From an uncultured Phycisphaeraceae bacterium (GTDB lineage Bacteria > Planctomycetota > Phycisphaerae > UBA1845): DNA of 64,000 nucleotides. The notes beneath the pieces are model-generated. The model searched no databases. It worked only from the letters and a program-made list of their open reading frames with translations, and was not told the origin of the DNA. Positions 17,531-27,963 of this stretch are shown here, in pieces. A program made the position numbers and the translations under genes. The DNA lies in assembly GCA_964495075.1 (NCBI GenBank), contig CAZBUJ010000023.1, positions 1,461 through 65,460 of the forward strand, read 5' to 3'. Each line of letters opens with the position of its first letter. Within the stretch, counting starts at the first letter, position 1.

Positions 17531-20374
17531 TCACGGGGCCGGGACGGCGGATGTCGCCGACAGTTTCGCCGCCGCCGCCGGCGTGACCAGCACGCGGATC
17601 ACTCGATCCGGTCGGTGATACCGGTTGAACACCGCCTTCACGCCTTCGACGGTCGCCTGGGCATACGCCTCCTCGTCGTGCTTGACGTCTTCCAACGACC
17701 GGCCGCGGAAGTCGAGATCGGCCAGCACCCGCAGCCAGAACCGCGGTTCCTTTCGTCGGGTATCCAGCTCGTTGGCAATCTGCTTCTTGGCCACGTTGAG
17801 TTCGTCCGGGGTGGGTCCTGCGGCGGCGAACCCGGCGAAGGCGGCGAGCACCTCGTCGGCCAGTCGCTCCGCCTGCGCCGGGTCGGTGGGCGCGGCACCG
17901 AAGAAGAGCCCCGAATCACGGTACGCGGTGGACGGCTGACTCACCGCCCCGATCGAGTACACCAGTTGCTTCTCCTCGCGTATGTCCTTGATCATCCGGG
18001 TGGTCAGGATCTTGGACGCGAGGCCCAGGGCCCGCGTGTCCTGAACGTTCGACTCCTCGCAGGAGAAGAAGCCGGCAAACACCACGGCCTTCGGCGTCAT
18101 GCTGGCAAACGACACGTTGTCCGTGTACGGGCCCTCACCACGCCGCACGTCTCGCAGGGCGTCGAGCCGGTCGGCCTTCCGCGGGCGGGCGGGCAAGGAG
18201 CCGATGTACCGCATAACGAGATCCATGGCCGATGCTAGGTCGATGTCACCGACCACCGCCACCTCCATCGGGGCCTGCCGGGCCAGCCGGTCGTACCAGG
18301 CCTGGGCCCGGGCGCGGTCCTGCCGCTCCACCTGCTTCCTGGTAAGCATCTTCAACCGGGGGTCGCTGCCCGACAGCACACTGCGGACCGCCTTGGCCAG
18401 CTGGTACTGCGGGCTCGTCTGACCGGCCTCGATCTGCTCCAGCATCGCTTCCTGCCAGTTCTGGAAGGCGGACTCCTCGAGTTTGCCGTCGGTCAGGAGG
18501 GCATGCGCGAGTTCAAAACCGGTCTCGAGGTCCGAGGGCGAGCCGGAAATCCGGATCGCCAGCTGATCGGGGGTCTCGCCGCCGCCGATGGAGACCTTCT
18601 TGCCCGTGGTCAGGTCGCGAATGTCGGTGGAGGTCAGCCGACTCGTGGCCGGCTGGTCCAACACCAGGGCCGCCACCTGCGTGATCCCGATGTTGTCGGC
18701 CGACTCCTCGATGGACCCGCCAGCCAACCGGATGCTGACCAGCACGGTGTCCTTCCGGTAATCCATGAAACGGTGGTGGACCCGGACTCCATTGGACAGC
18801 CAGGCGGACGCGATGCGGAGATCGTCATCCCGGGTCTGCTCGACGACCTTGCCCGGTTCCGGCCGGGCCGCGAGGATCGAGGTGGGGCGGTCCTTTTCGA
18901 CCACGGCCTCCGTTTTACGAACCAGGGCCGCTTTGGCGGCGGCCAGGACTTCGTCCTGATCGGGGAGCTTGACGTCCTCTTTTTCCGGCATCGTGACAAC
19001 GTAAGCGAAAGTGCCCGGCGCGAAGTGTTTGGCAAACGTCGCGTTGATCTCCTCCAGCGTGATTGACGGGATCAGCTTCTTGTACAGGTCAAGCCGCTGT
19101 TGGGCGGACATGATGGTGGACCCGTCGTTCACGGCCGAGTTGTAGCGGAACATGAACATCCGGGCCGGCTGGGTGGATTCCCGCTCAACGGCCCGTTCGG
19201 CCCGGGAGATGAACTCCGTCTTCGCCTGCTCCATCTCGTGGCGGGTGAACCCGTGCTCCCGGGCCCGGCTGACGGTCATGACGAACTCATCCAGCATCTT
19301 GACCCAGTTCCCCGGTTCCCCCTCTACGCTGCCCCAGACCATGATGACTTCGTTGAAGAAGTTGCGTACCGACGCACGGCCCTCGCGGAACGACGCCTCC
19401 CCCGACTGCACTTTCTCTTCGAGCTGGCGTCCTACGATCCATGAGCCGATGCTCTCCACCAGTTTCGTCCGCAGGGCCTCCGCGGTGGTGACCGGCGGAC
19501 GGCCCGGGGCCACGTTCATCACTTCGACTTCGGCGGTGGCAATCTCCGGGTCCGAAACCACCATGGCTCGGGTGGCGGTGAACGCCTTGATGTCGCCCTT
19601 ATGCTGCGTAGGCACCGGCTTGTCCGCTTTGTAGGAACCGAAGTTCTTCTCGATGAGCGGGATCTGTTCCTTGGGGTCCGCGTCCCCGACCACGATCAGC
19701 GTCATGTGCTCCGCCCGGTACCATTTGCGGTAGTAGTCGACGAACTCCTGCCGCGAAAACTTCGCGATCAGTTCCTCCTTGCCGATCGGCAGCCGCTCGG
19801 CGAACCGGGAGCCGGGGAACATCATCGGATAGAGCTTGTCGCGAATTCGCTGCTCCGGGCCTTGTCCGGAGCGGACCTCGGCCAGGATGACGCCGCGCTC
19901 TTTCTCGATTTCATCGGTGAGCAACAGCAACCGGAACGCCTGGTCGGACAGGCACAGCATCGCCTTGTCGATGGTGGCCGGCTTCACGTCCGGCGTGAAC
20001 AGCATGTATGCCGTCTGGTCGAAGCTCGTGAACGCGTTGATGTCGCCGCCGAACTGCATGCCGATGCTCTCGAAGTACTTGATCACTTCGCCGGGCGGGA
20101 AGTTCTCCGAGCCGTTGAAAGCGAGGTGCTCGATGAAGTGCGCGATACCACGCTGGTCGTCCGTCTCGTTGAGCGAGCCCGTCTTGACGTTCAGCATGAG
20201 GGCCATCTTGCCCGGCGGAACGGCCTGCCGTCGGATGATGTAATGCAGCCCGTTGCTCAACTCTCCGCGAACCAGGTTCGGGTCGCTGGGCAGCGGGGTG
20301 GAGGCGGCCCAGGTCGGACCACGGGCAACAAGCGGAAGCAGCAATACGATGAACAAACGGCGATCGCGGAACAT
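17531..20374 (-). CDS. M16-family (pitrilysin/PqqL-like) zinc peptidase, double-module
   Basis: 947 aa with a signal peptide. Inverted zinc motif HFIEHLAFNGSENF (HxxEH), and a second inactive-type M16 module. Confidence 0.9.
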   Translation of the reverse strand: MFRDRRLFIVLLLPLVARGPTWAASTPLPSDPNLVRGELSNGLHYIIRRQAVPPGKMALMLNVKTGSLNETDDQRGIAHFIEHLAFNGSENFPPGEVIKYFESIGMQFGGDINAFTSFDQTAYMLFTPDVKPATIDKAMLCLSDQAFRLLLLTDEIEKERGVILAEVRSGQGPEQRIRDKLYPMMFPGSRFAERLPIGKEELIAKFSRQEFVDYYRKWYRAEHMTLIVVGDADPKEQIPLIEKNFGSYKADKPVPTQHKGDIKAFTATRAMVVSDPEIATAEVEVMNVAPGRPPVTTAEALRTKLVESIGSWIVGRQLEEKVQSGEASFREGRASVRNFFNEVIMVWGSVEGEPGNWVKMLDEFVMTVSRAREHGFTRHEMEQAKTEFISRAERAVERESTQPARMFMFRYNSAVNDGSTIMSAQQRLDLYKKLIPSITLEEINATFAKHFAPGTFAYVVTMPEKEDVKLPDQDEVLAAAKAALVRKTEAVVEKDRPTSILAARPEPGKVVEQTRDDDLRIASAWLSNGVRVHHRFMDYRKDTVLVSIRLAGGSIEESADNIGITQVAALVLDQPATSRLTSTDIRDLTTGKKVSIGGGETPDQLAIRISGSPSDLETGFELAHALLTDGKLEESAFQNWQEAMLEQIEAGQTSPQYQLAKAVRSVLSGSDPRLKMLTRKQVERQDRARAQAWYDRLARQAPMEVAVVGDIDLASAMDLVMRYIGSLPARPRKADRLDALRDVRRGEGPYTDNVSFASMTPKAVVFAGFFSCEESNVQDTRALGLASKILTTRMIKDIREEKQLVYSIGAVSQPSTAYRDSGLFFGAAPTDPAQAERLADEVLAAFAGFAAAGPTPDELNVAKKQIANELDTRRKEPRFWLRVLADLDFRGRSLEDVKHDEEAYAQATVEGVKAVFNRYHRPDRVIRVLVTPAAAAKLSATSAVPAP

Positions 20375-20562
20375 TCAGGTATTCTCCTACGTGAGAGAGA
20401 TTCACGAGCGGAACTGCGGCAAGCACGAAGCGTGACGCGGACCATCCGATTCTTATTGTAAGGAGTGGGGAATCCCCGCTCTCACGACCGCGTGTAAGAA
20501 GTCGTAAAAGCTTGCACTCCGGCCACGAGTACGAACGGAACGCGGCGCCCGGAATCAGTGCA

Positions 20563-21111
20563 TCACGAAATCGTGGAGGTGCACTGCATGCCGGCCGCGC
20601 CGGCGCCGACAACAGCCCGCTCGTGATCGAGCAGGAAGGCCTTGCGGCGCAACCCGCCCCCGAAGCCGTGGAGACTCCCCGCCGCGTTGATCACGCGATG
20701 GCACGGAACGATAATGGGGATGCAGTTCTGCCCGTTGGCCCGCCCCACCGCGCGTTGCCCGCCGGGTCGCCCGATGCGGTCGGCAAGTTGCCCGTACGAG
20801 ACAGTCTGCCCATACGGGATCCGCCGCAGTCCCCGCCAGACCCGCCTTTGAAACTCGGTGCCCCGGACGTCCAGGCGAACGGTGAATGAACGGAGGGTGC
20901 CATCGAAGTACGCGAGCAACTCGTCCATCGCCAGTCCGAGATGCTTGTTGTCCGTGTCGATCATCCGGAGATCGTGGCGGGTCGCCCAGCGTGCCAGTTG
21001 CGCGGCAGCACCCCGGGTGGGGAAGCCGATCCACGCCAATCCACGGCTGGTCGCCGCCAGGCTCAAGCGTCCGATCGGACTGTCGAGTGCCGCCACCGCG
21101 AGATCCTGCAT
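20563..21111 (-). CDS. ogt: methylated-DNA--protein-cysteine methyltransferase
   Basis: ORF track 20563..21165, trimmed to ATG 21111. Active site IIVPCHRVI, plus RIPYGQTVSYGQLA. Confidence 0.9.
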   Translation of the reverse strand: MQDLAVAALDSPIGRLSLAATSRGLAWIGFPTRGAAAQLARWATRHDLRMIDTDNKHLGLAMDELLAYFDGTLRSFTVRLDVRGTEFQRRVWRGLRRIPYGQTVSYGQLADRIGRPGGQRAVGRANGQNCIPIIVPCHRVINAAGSLHGFGGGLRRKAFLLDHERAVVGAGAAGMQCTSTIS

Positions 21112-21124
21112 CGTGTGGTCCTCC

Positions 21125-21919
21125 CTACGCCCCACCCTCGCCCTTCGCCGCCTCGACGAATCCACGCGCCATGGCCGCGTCCACCGGTTCGTCCACGCAA
21201 CCGCCGGGCTTGAGCCCGGATCCGACGATCACGCCGTCGCTTTCCCCCAGGTACGCGGCCACGGTTTCCGTCGTCACTCCGCTGCCCACCAGCAGCGGCC
21301 GGTCCGGTACCGCCCGCCGCACCCGCCGGATATTGTCCATATCCGCCGGCCGACCGGTCGACGTACCAGACACGATCAGCATGTCGGCATGCCCCCGGTA
21401 GGCCGTCTCCTCCGCCGCCAGGGCGATGTCCGGCTGACTGAGCGGGGACGCGTGTTTGACGTGTACGTCAGCGAGGATCCCCACGTCGCAACCCAGTCGC
21501 TGGCGGAGGCGCAGCGTGTCGGCCGCGCGTCCCTCGACGATGCCCTGGTCGGTAGCGGCCACGCCGACGTGGACGTTGACGCGAATGAACGGCGCGCCGA
21601 TCACCGCCGCCACGGCGAGCCCCGCCGCCGCGTCGTTGCGCAGCACGTTGATCCCCACCGGGATGGACACGGCCTGGATCACCTCCCGCGCCACCACGGA
21701 CATCGACGCCACCGTCACCGGGTCCACGCGGTCCGGCGCGAAGGGGGCGTCGCCGATATTCTCCACGATCATGGCGGAGAAGCCGGCGTCCCGGAGCACG
21801 GCGGCGTCCCGCACGGCGCGGCGAATGATGACGTCGAGTGACAATTTGTTATTGGGGCTGCCGGGCAAGGCGGGCAGGTGCACCATGCCGATCAGGATGG
21901 GAGTTCCCATGGAAATCAT
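21125..21919 (-). CDS. BtpA/SgcQ-family TIM-barrel protein
   Basis: ORF track 21125..21997, trimmed to ATG 21919. LIGMVHLPALPGSP is a typical BtpA-family N-terminus. Confidence 0.8.
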   Translation of the reverse strand: MISMGTPILIGMVHLPALPGSPNNKLSLDVIIRRAVRDAAVLRDAGFSAMIVENIGDAPFAPDRVDPVTVASMSVVAREVIQAVSIPVGINVLRNDAAAGLAVAAVIGAPFIRVNVHVGVAATDQGIVEGRAADTLRLRQRLGCDVGILADVHVKHASPLSQPDIALAAEETAYRGHADMLIVSGTSTGRPADMDNIRRVRRAVPDRPLLVGSGVTTETVAAYLGESDGVIVGSGLKPGGCVDEPVDAAMARGFVEAAKGEGGA

Positions 21920-22035
21920 GCGGCTTGTCCATTGTGCCGGCGCCCAGGATACCCGGCCTGCGCGTACCGTCAACGGCAGGCCCGGCCGGCTTTCCATTCC
22001 CCGGCCCCCCCGTCCTGCGATACAATCGCCCCGCG

Positions 22036-24201
22036 ATGTCTCTCCAGCAACAACCGGGTCTCGGCCACCGCGGCGCCGGTTCGGGGTCCGTGGTGCGGGC
22101 GTACGCCCTGTGTGCGTTCCTGGCCGCCATCAGCTACGTGAACGCGTTGACCAACGATTTCTGCGAGGATGACCAAGCGATCATTGTGGGGAACCCGCTG
22201 GTGACGGCCGATGACGGCTGGGGGAATATCTGGCGACGTCATTACTGGCAACACCACGCCGACGCCTTCCTGCACCCCGACCTGCTGTATCGCCCCGTGA
22301 CCATCGTTTCATATCGCGTGAATCATTTCGTCCACGGACTGCGAGCGAGCGGGTTCATCGTCACCGCCGTGATCCTGCACGTGTGCGTCACGCTGGGCGT
22401 GTATCGGCTGATGCGGCGGATGACCGATCGATCGGGTGCGTCGCTGCTGGCCGCCGCGGGCTTCGCGGTCCTGCCCGTTCACACCGAGGCAGTGACCCAC
22501 ATCGTGGGTCGGGCCGAACTCCTGGCGGCCCTGTTCGTGCTGGCCACGCTCCTGGCGTTCGCGCCACCGGGCGGGAACATCCGCCGCCGGCCGATCGCGT
22601 TCCGGATCGGGCTCGGCGCTCTCGCGGCATTCCTGGCGATGGCGTCCAAGGAAACGGGGCTGGCGATCATTCTGCTCGTGCCGCTTTTTCAGTGGTTCTG
22701 GCGGAGCGGCCGTGCGCCGAGGTCCGGGCCGAACGGGAACGGATCGCGCCTTTCGTGGCGACTCATCGTTGCCCAGCTCGCGACGGTGTCGATCGCGTTT
22801 GCCGTCTACATGCTGCTTCGCCGGGCGGCGCTGGGTGGCGTGCTGTACCAGCCGGTGACGCTCACCAAGTCCGTCAACGTCCTGGTCGATGCCACACCGT
22901 GGGAGCGGTTCTGCGGAATCCTCCAGCTTTGGGGTGGCTACTGGGCGAAGACGGTCTGGCCGGCAAAACTCGTCGCGGACTACTCCATCAACGCGGTACA
23001 GGTGGCGAATGGCTTGCTTCACCCGCACGTGCTGTTTGGCCTGGCGGTGGCGGTGGCCCTCGTCGCGCTGGCGATCTGGAGTTGGCGGCGCGGGCAGCGA
23101 GCGCCGGCGGTGTGGCTTGGCGCGCTGGTGATCAGCTACTGGCCGACGTCAAACTCCGTCGTCCTGATCAAGGTCTTCTTTGCCGAACGACTCTGGTACC
23201 TGCCGTCCGCGTGGGCACTCATGCTCCTCGGCTGGGTGGCGTGGCGCGGTGTCGACGGTCTGGGACGGCGCCTCGCACGCGGCTCTCTGGTGCGTGGCGT
23301 TTCGCTGGCGTGCGTGATGGTCATCCTGACAGCGGGCATTGTGCGGTGCTGGCTGCGCAACCCCGCCTGGCGCAGCGATGCAGCACTGGTCGCGGCGAAC
23401 TATCATGATCACCCGGACAGTATTCGGGCGCTGCTCGGCTACGGCAAGTGGCTCGCGCGGAACGGCCGGTACGCCGAGGGCATGGCTCTGATGCAACGCA
23501 GCGTGCTTATCGATCCCGGTTTCGTCGACGGGCACCGTCAAATCGGTGCCACCATGCTGGCGGCAGGCGATCTGCAAGGCGCGGTCCATCACTTGTCGAT
23601 CGCCGACCAGGCCGTTCCCGGGCACGGCCCGACACAGCGTTGGCTGGCGGCGGCGCAAACCGCCCTCGCCTCGCAGACATCCGCCATTCTCGACCCGCTT
23701 CGACGGCAGGTGGCCCAGCACCCCGACGATCTGGATGCCCTGCTCGAACTGGCCGCCCGTCTCCGGGACCTCGGCTGGCCGGATGCGGCCGCCGAGCGCC
23801 TGAGGAGGGCGCGGGACCGGTTCGCCGCCGACCCGCGGTTCCTGCATGAACTGGCCGTCACGCAAGTGGTGGCGGGTCGCCGTGACGATGCCGTCTCGAC
23901 GTACCGCGACGTGATCGCCGTCGCTTCGCGGCAGGCGTCCGCTCGCGTCGAGTTGGCGATGCTCCTGCTCGACCGCCGGGCGGACGGAGACATGGCGGAG
24001 GCAAAATCGCTCATCGAGACGACGAGAAGCCTGGCCCCGGACGACATGCAGGTGCAGATCGCGTGGGCCGAACTCCGGGCCCTGGAAGGGCACCGCCGCG
24101 AAGCCGCCCAACTGTACCGCCAGATCGCCAGCCGGGCGCCGCGGGGAAGCGACCTGCGCGAACAGTGCGAACTACGAGCGAGATTCTTGAACAGCGAGTA
24201 G
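22036..24201 (+). CDS. TMTC-like GT-C fold membrane protein with C-terminal TPR array (candidate polyprenyl-phosphate-sugar-dependent glycosyltransferase)
   Basis: ORF track 21838..24201; ATG 22036. Multi-TM N-terminal half with first-loop acidic motif NDFCEDDQAIIVGNP and LLYRPVT. The C-terminal half has many TPR-like repeats. Confidence 0.8.
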   Translation: MSLQQQPGLGHRGAGSGSVVRAYALCAFLAAISYVNALTNDFCEDDQAIIVGNPLVTADDGWGNIWRRHYWQHHADAFLHPDLLYRPVTIVSYRVNHFVHGLRASGFIVTAVILHVCVTLGVYRLMRRMTDRSGASLLAAAGFAVLPVHTEAVTHIVGRAELLAALFVLATLLAFAPPGGNIRRRPIAFRIGLGALAAFLAMASKETGLAIILLVPLFQWFWRSGRAPRSGPNGNGSRLSWRLIVAQLATVSIAFAVYMLLRRAALGGVLYQPVTLTKSVNVLVDATPWERFCGILQLWGGYWAKTVWPAKLVADYSINAVQVANGLLHPHVLFGLAVAVALVALAIWSWRRGQRAPAVWLGALVISYWPTSNSVVLIKVFFAERLWYLPSAWALMLLGWVAWRGVDGLGRRLARGSLVRGVSLACVMVILTAGIVRCWLRNPAWRSDAALVAANYHDHPDSIRALLGYGKWLARNGRYAEGMALMQRSVLIDPGFVDGHRQIGATMLAAGDLQGAVHHLSIADQAVPGHGPTQRWLAAAQTALASQTSAILDPLRRQVAQHPDDLDALLELAARLRDLGWPDAAAERLRRARDRFAADPRFLHELAVTQVVAGRRDDAVSTYRDVIAVASRQASARVELAMLLLDRRADGDMAEAKSLIETTRSLAPDDMQVQIAWAELRALEGHRREAAQLYRQIASRAPRGSDLREQCELRARFLNSE

Positions 24202-24257
24202 AGCTCAAATCACCAATCAGTGATTCGGAACTGCCCATCCCTCGCCTTCCGGCTCGT

Positions 24258-25313
24258 CTACCGGAAGTGCTTTACCCACGCGACGCCGGTGCTTCCGGTC
24301 ATTGGATCGGCGTAGGGAAGGATCTGCCCGCCGAACAGCTCCAGCTCCTCGTCGCTGGCCACCGTGTGACCGATCACGAGACCCAGCACCGCCCCCATCA
24401 CCACGTCGGAGAAGTAATGCTCTTCGTCGTCCAGCCGCTCGATGGCGACCAGCGCGCCCAGCCCGTACAGGGGCACCCCCACCAGCGGCCCGTACTCCCG
24501 GTGCATGACCGACGCAAAACAGAACGTGCTGGACACGTGAGCACTCGGCATGGTGCCCCACTCCCCGTTGGGGGCATCATTCCAGGTGGCGACCTGGCCC
24601 GCCATGGTGGTCACCCCGTTGATGATCAAGGCACTAAACAGCTTCTTGCCGACGTTGTAGGTCTTCTCGTCCCGGGTCTGCTGACCGATGAGGTACCACG
24701 CACCGGCCAGCGCGAAGTGGGTACCGGGATTGCCCAGGGCGCCGAAGGTGTCATTGGCACCATCGGAGAAAATGTCCTTGTGGTGCAGGCTTTCCTCGAT
24801 CGTCCGGTCCGGACCGGTCTGCTGGATAGCCAGCGAACCGCCGTAGGCCGCACCCAAGATGATGAGGTTCGGGGCGGCGGTGTAGACTTTCTTGGTATCG
24901 CGCCACAGGTCACCCGGCATGGCGGCGACGTCGCGTTTGACCGTTTCCCAGAAGCCGGGCAAGGGGCCGGGGCGATCCACGCCCCGGGTTGTCGCCACGG
25001 TCTCGTCGTCCACGAACGACTGGAAGTCGTTCTCAGACGAGTCTTCGGGCGACACGTCGCCGGCCGGGCTGCCCGTCGGCTCGTCGTCATGCAGGTTGAA
25101 GAAGAATGTCGGACCGGCGGTGTTATGCGAGGCAAGCCGGTACGCCGGCGTGCGGGCCGACGCCGTATGGGCCGCCTGAACGGCGGCCCGTCGCTGTCGG
25201 GCGGCGTCGGCCACCTGGGCCCCCATGGCTTCCAGGGTTTGTCCGGTTCGCTGACTAGCGCATCCGCTGGTAACGACTGCCGCCAGCGCGAGAGGAATCC
25301 ATCGTGTGAGCAT
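24258..25313 (-). CDS. PAP2-family lipid phosphatase lipoprotein
   Basis: ORF track 24258..25637, trimmed to ATG 25313 (MLTRWIPLALAAVVTSGC lipobox). PAP2 motifs MPSAHVSS and HYFSDVVMGAVLG. Confidence 0.8.
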   Translation of the reverse strand: MLTRWIPLALAAVVTSGCASQRTGQTLEAMGAQVADAARQRRAAVQAAHTASARTPAYRLASHNTAGPTFFFNLHDDEPTGSPAGDVSPEDSSENDFQSFVDDETVATTRGVDRPGPLPGFWETVKRDVAAMPGDLWRDTKKVYTAAPNLIILGAAYGGSLAIQQTGPDRTIEESLHHKDIFSDGANDTFGALGNPGTHFALAGAWYLIGQQTRDEKTYNVGKKLFSALIINGVTTMAGQVATWNDAPNGEWGTMPSAHVSSTFCFASVMHREYGPLVGVPLYGLGALVAIERLDDEEHYFSDVVMGAVLGLVIGHTVASDEELELFGGQILPYADPMTGSTGVAWVKHFR

Positions 25314-25494
25314 GATTGCGCCTCCGTGCCGCTCCTGCCGGCCTGTTGTCCTGATGCAAAGTGTACGGGAAACGAACCGGCACGGCGAGCCGAAACTCGG
25401 CGGAATCACGACCAGGATGTCATCGTGCTTCATCCGCGAGGGCGGACCCTGCCCGTCTTGAGCACGCAAGGCCGAACGTGCTATAGTCGCCGGG

Positions 25495-27474
25495 ATGACC
25501 AGGGGGCGGAAACTCACCAAGAAGCGGCCCCGCGATCCGGCCCTTCCCGGCGAGGGCGCCGTCGCGTCCGCGGACACGACCGCGCCACGCCAGTCCCCGA
25601 TCCGAGTCGTGTGGCTCGCCATACCCGTGGTCGTCATGACACTCGCGGTTCACTGGCCGGTGCTGTCCGCCCGGGCGCTCTACCTGGATGACGACCAGTA
25701 CCTCACCGAAAACCGGCAAGTGCAAAACCCGACCTGGGGCGCGGCACGACAGTTCCTGGCCGAGGTCAGCCATCCCTCCACGGTGGAGGGGTACTACCAG
25801 CCGCTGGCCATGATCTCGCTGATGCTGGACTCGTCGATGGGAGGCGGTCCGGAGAATCTTCGTCCCTATCATCGCACCAGCCTGATCCTGCACGGGGCCA
25901 ACGTGGTGCTGGTCATGGCACTGATCTATCTGTTGTTCGGGAACGCGGTTGTGGCGGCGGTCGGCGGCCTGCTGTTCGGCATTCATCCCATCACCGCGGA
26001 GCCGATCGCCTGGATCAGCGACCGCAAGACGGTGCTGGCCGTGTTCTTTGCCCTGTGGTCGCTAACGCTCTACGTGGGTTACACGCGCCGGCGCAGTCGT
26101 CTGTGTTACGGCGCGGCACTCGTGGCGTATGCGCTAGCGCTGATGTCGAAACCCACCAGCACCCCCCTGCCGCTGCTGCTGCTGCTGTTGGATTTCTGGC
26201 CGCTGGGCAGGCTGGGCCGCCGCCAGGTACTCGACAAACTGCCGTTCTTCGCGGTGGGCGGCGCGTCCGCCGTGATCACGCTGCTGGGGCAGGGAAACAT
26301 CGGGGGCGTAAGCGCGCCGGCCGGCGGCTCCGTGCCGGTCAAGTTGTGCTACAACACCGTGTTTTACATCTGCAAAATCGTCTGGCCGGTTCACATGTCG
26401 GGGTATTACGCGGCCCCGGTGCCGTTTGGTCTCTCCAACGGCGCGGTGCTGGTCGGTGTGCTGGTCGCGTGCGTGCTGCTCGCGGCCGTGTGCCTTTCGT
26501 TACGGCGGACGCGGAGCCTCTTCACGGGCTGCGCCTTTTTCTTCCTGGCCATCCTGCCCACGCTGGGCGCGATCGGCTTCGCCAACGTGAACGCTTCGGA
26601 CAAGTACGCGTATCTGCCGATGGTCGGACTGTTGCTGCCCATGGCATACGGTCTTCACGCGGGCCTTGCCCGATTCGGCCGGACCGGGCACGGCGTGCTG
26701 GCGGTGATTCTCGTCGTCGGCGGTGGTGTACTTGGCGTGGCGACACGCCGGACGCTTGCCCACTGGCAGGACACCGAAACGCTGTTTCAGTACGCGATCG
26801 AGACGTCGAGCCGCCCGTGGCAGCCGCACATCGGCCTCGCCAATCACCTCGCCGCGCAGGGGCGGTTCGAGGAGGCGGTCGAGCACTACAAGGCCGGCAT
26901 TCGGCTCGAGCCGGGGGACTTCCAGGGTGTCAGTAACCTGGCATTGGCCCTGGGCAAGCTGGGCCGCTACGACGAAGCCATTGCGTATCATGAGCAGGCG
27001 ATCACCATGCGGCCGGACGTCGCGCGGCTGCACGATCACCTGGCCTTCGTCCTGTCGCAGAAAGGCGAGTTGGTCCGGGCGGTCGCGGAGTACGAGGCGG
27101 CCCTGCGCATTCAACCCGATGCCGCGGAGACGCGGTTCAACCTGGCGTCCACGCTGGTTCGGCTGGATCGATTCGAGGACGCGATTCGTGAGTATGACGA
27201 AACGCTCCGGGCGGACCCGCACTTCTTCCAGGCGCATATCAATCTCGGATACCTGCTGATGGGGCAGGGGCGGGCGGCGGAGGCGATCGAGCACTACATG
27301 GCGGCGGTGACGCTGCGCCCGAGCGATCCGCAGATCCGCTTTCTGCTGGCCCAGGCGATGGAAGCCACCGGCCACCGCACGGCGGCCATTAACGAGTACC
27401 GAAACGTCCTGCGGATTGCCCCCCAGCATGCCCAAGCGCAGGAACGACTGGGTGCCCTCGGCGCCGGGGGCTGA
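25495..27474 (+). CDS. TMTC-like GT-C fold membrane protein with C-terminal TPR array (paralogue of 22036..24201)
   Basis: 659 aa. First-loop motif ALYLDDDQYLTENRQ and YYQPLAM, multi-TM region, then at least 6 clear TPRs (..GRYDEAIAYHEQAITMRPD.., ..GRAAEAIEHYMAAVTLRPSD..). Confidence 0.8.
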   Translation: MTRGRKLTKKRPRDPALPGEGAVASADTTAPRQSPIRVVWLAIPVVVMTLAVHWPVLSARALYLDDDQYLTENRQVQNPTWGAARQFLAEVSHPSTVEGYYQPLAMISLMLDSSMGGGPENLRPYHRTSLILHGANVVLVMALIYLLFGNAVVAAVGGLLFGIHPITAEPIAWISDRKTVLAVFFALWSLTLYVGYTRRRSRLCYGAALVAYALALMSKPTSTPLPLLLLLLDFWPLGRLGRRQVLDKLPFFAVGGASAVITLLGQGNIGGVSAPAGGSVPVKLCYNTVFYICKIVWPVHMSGYYAAPVPFGLSNGAVLVGVLVACVLLAAVCLSLRRTRSLFTGCAFFFLAILPTLGAIGFANVNASDKYAYLPMVGLLLPMAYGLHAGLARFGRTGHGVLAVILVVGGGVLGVATRRTLAHWQDTETLFQYAIETSSRPWQPHIGLANHLAAQGRFEEAVEHYKAGIRLEPGDFQGVSNLALALGKLGRYDEAIAYHEQAITMRPDVARLHDHLAFVLSQKGELVRAVAEYEAALRIQPDAAETRFNLASTLVRLDRFEDAIREYDETLRADPHFFQAHINLGYLLMGQGRAAEAIEHYMAAVTLRPSDPQIRFLLAQAMEATGHRTAAINEYRNVLRIAPQHAQAQERLGALGAGG

Positions 27475-27548
27475 TCCGCGCCCAAGCACCCGTCGCCCGG
27501 AATGCACCGCGCGGGCGTACCGACTACTTGTGATTCGCACTTCGGGAT

Positions 27549-27944
27549 TTATCTGGCCAGCTTCAGCTTGGCGTTGGCGCGGTCGATGGCGCGACGGCGG
27601 TCGGCCTGGGCGGCGGGGTCCGTGGTGCGCAGGGCCTTGGCTTCGGCCAGGGCGGCGCGCTCGGCCTCGACGTCGATCTCGTCGGGCGTGCGGGCGTGCT
27701 CGGTCAGCACGATCAACTCGTTCTCGAGCATCTGGGCGAAGCCGCCGTCGACGAACAGCCGCTCGTTCCGACTGCCCGGATCGATCCGAAGAATGCCGAT
27801 CCCCAGCTTACAAAGCAACGGCGCGCGGTCGTGCAGAATACCAATCTCACCGTCATGGGCAGGCAGGGCAACGAAATCGGCGGTGTCGTCGAAGACCCGA
27901 CGATCCGGAGTGATGACGGTGCATTTGAAGCCGCTTGCCGCCAT
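27549..27944 (-). CDS. atpC: F1 ATP synthase subunit epsilon
   Basis: 131 aa. VITPDRRVFDDTADFVALPAHDGEIGILHDRAPLL is typical of epsilon. Last gene of the atp operon. Confidence 0.93.
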   Translation of the reverse strand: MAASGFKCTVITPDRRVFDDTADFVALPAHDGEIGILHDRAPLLCKLGIGILRIDPGSRNERLFVDGGFAQMLENELIVLTEHARTPDEIDVEAERAALAEAKALRTTDPAAQADRRRAIDRANAKLKLAR

Positions 27945-27963
27945 GGGGCCAACCTTTCGTCTG

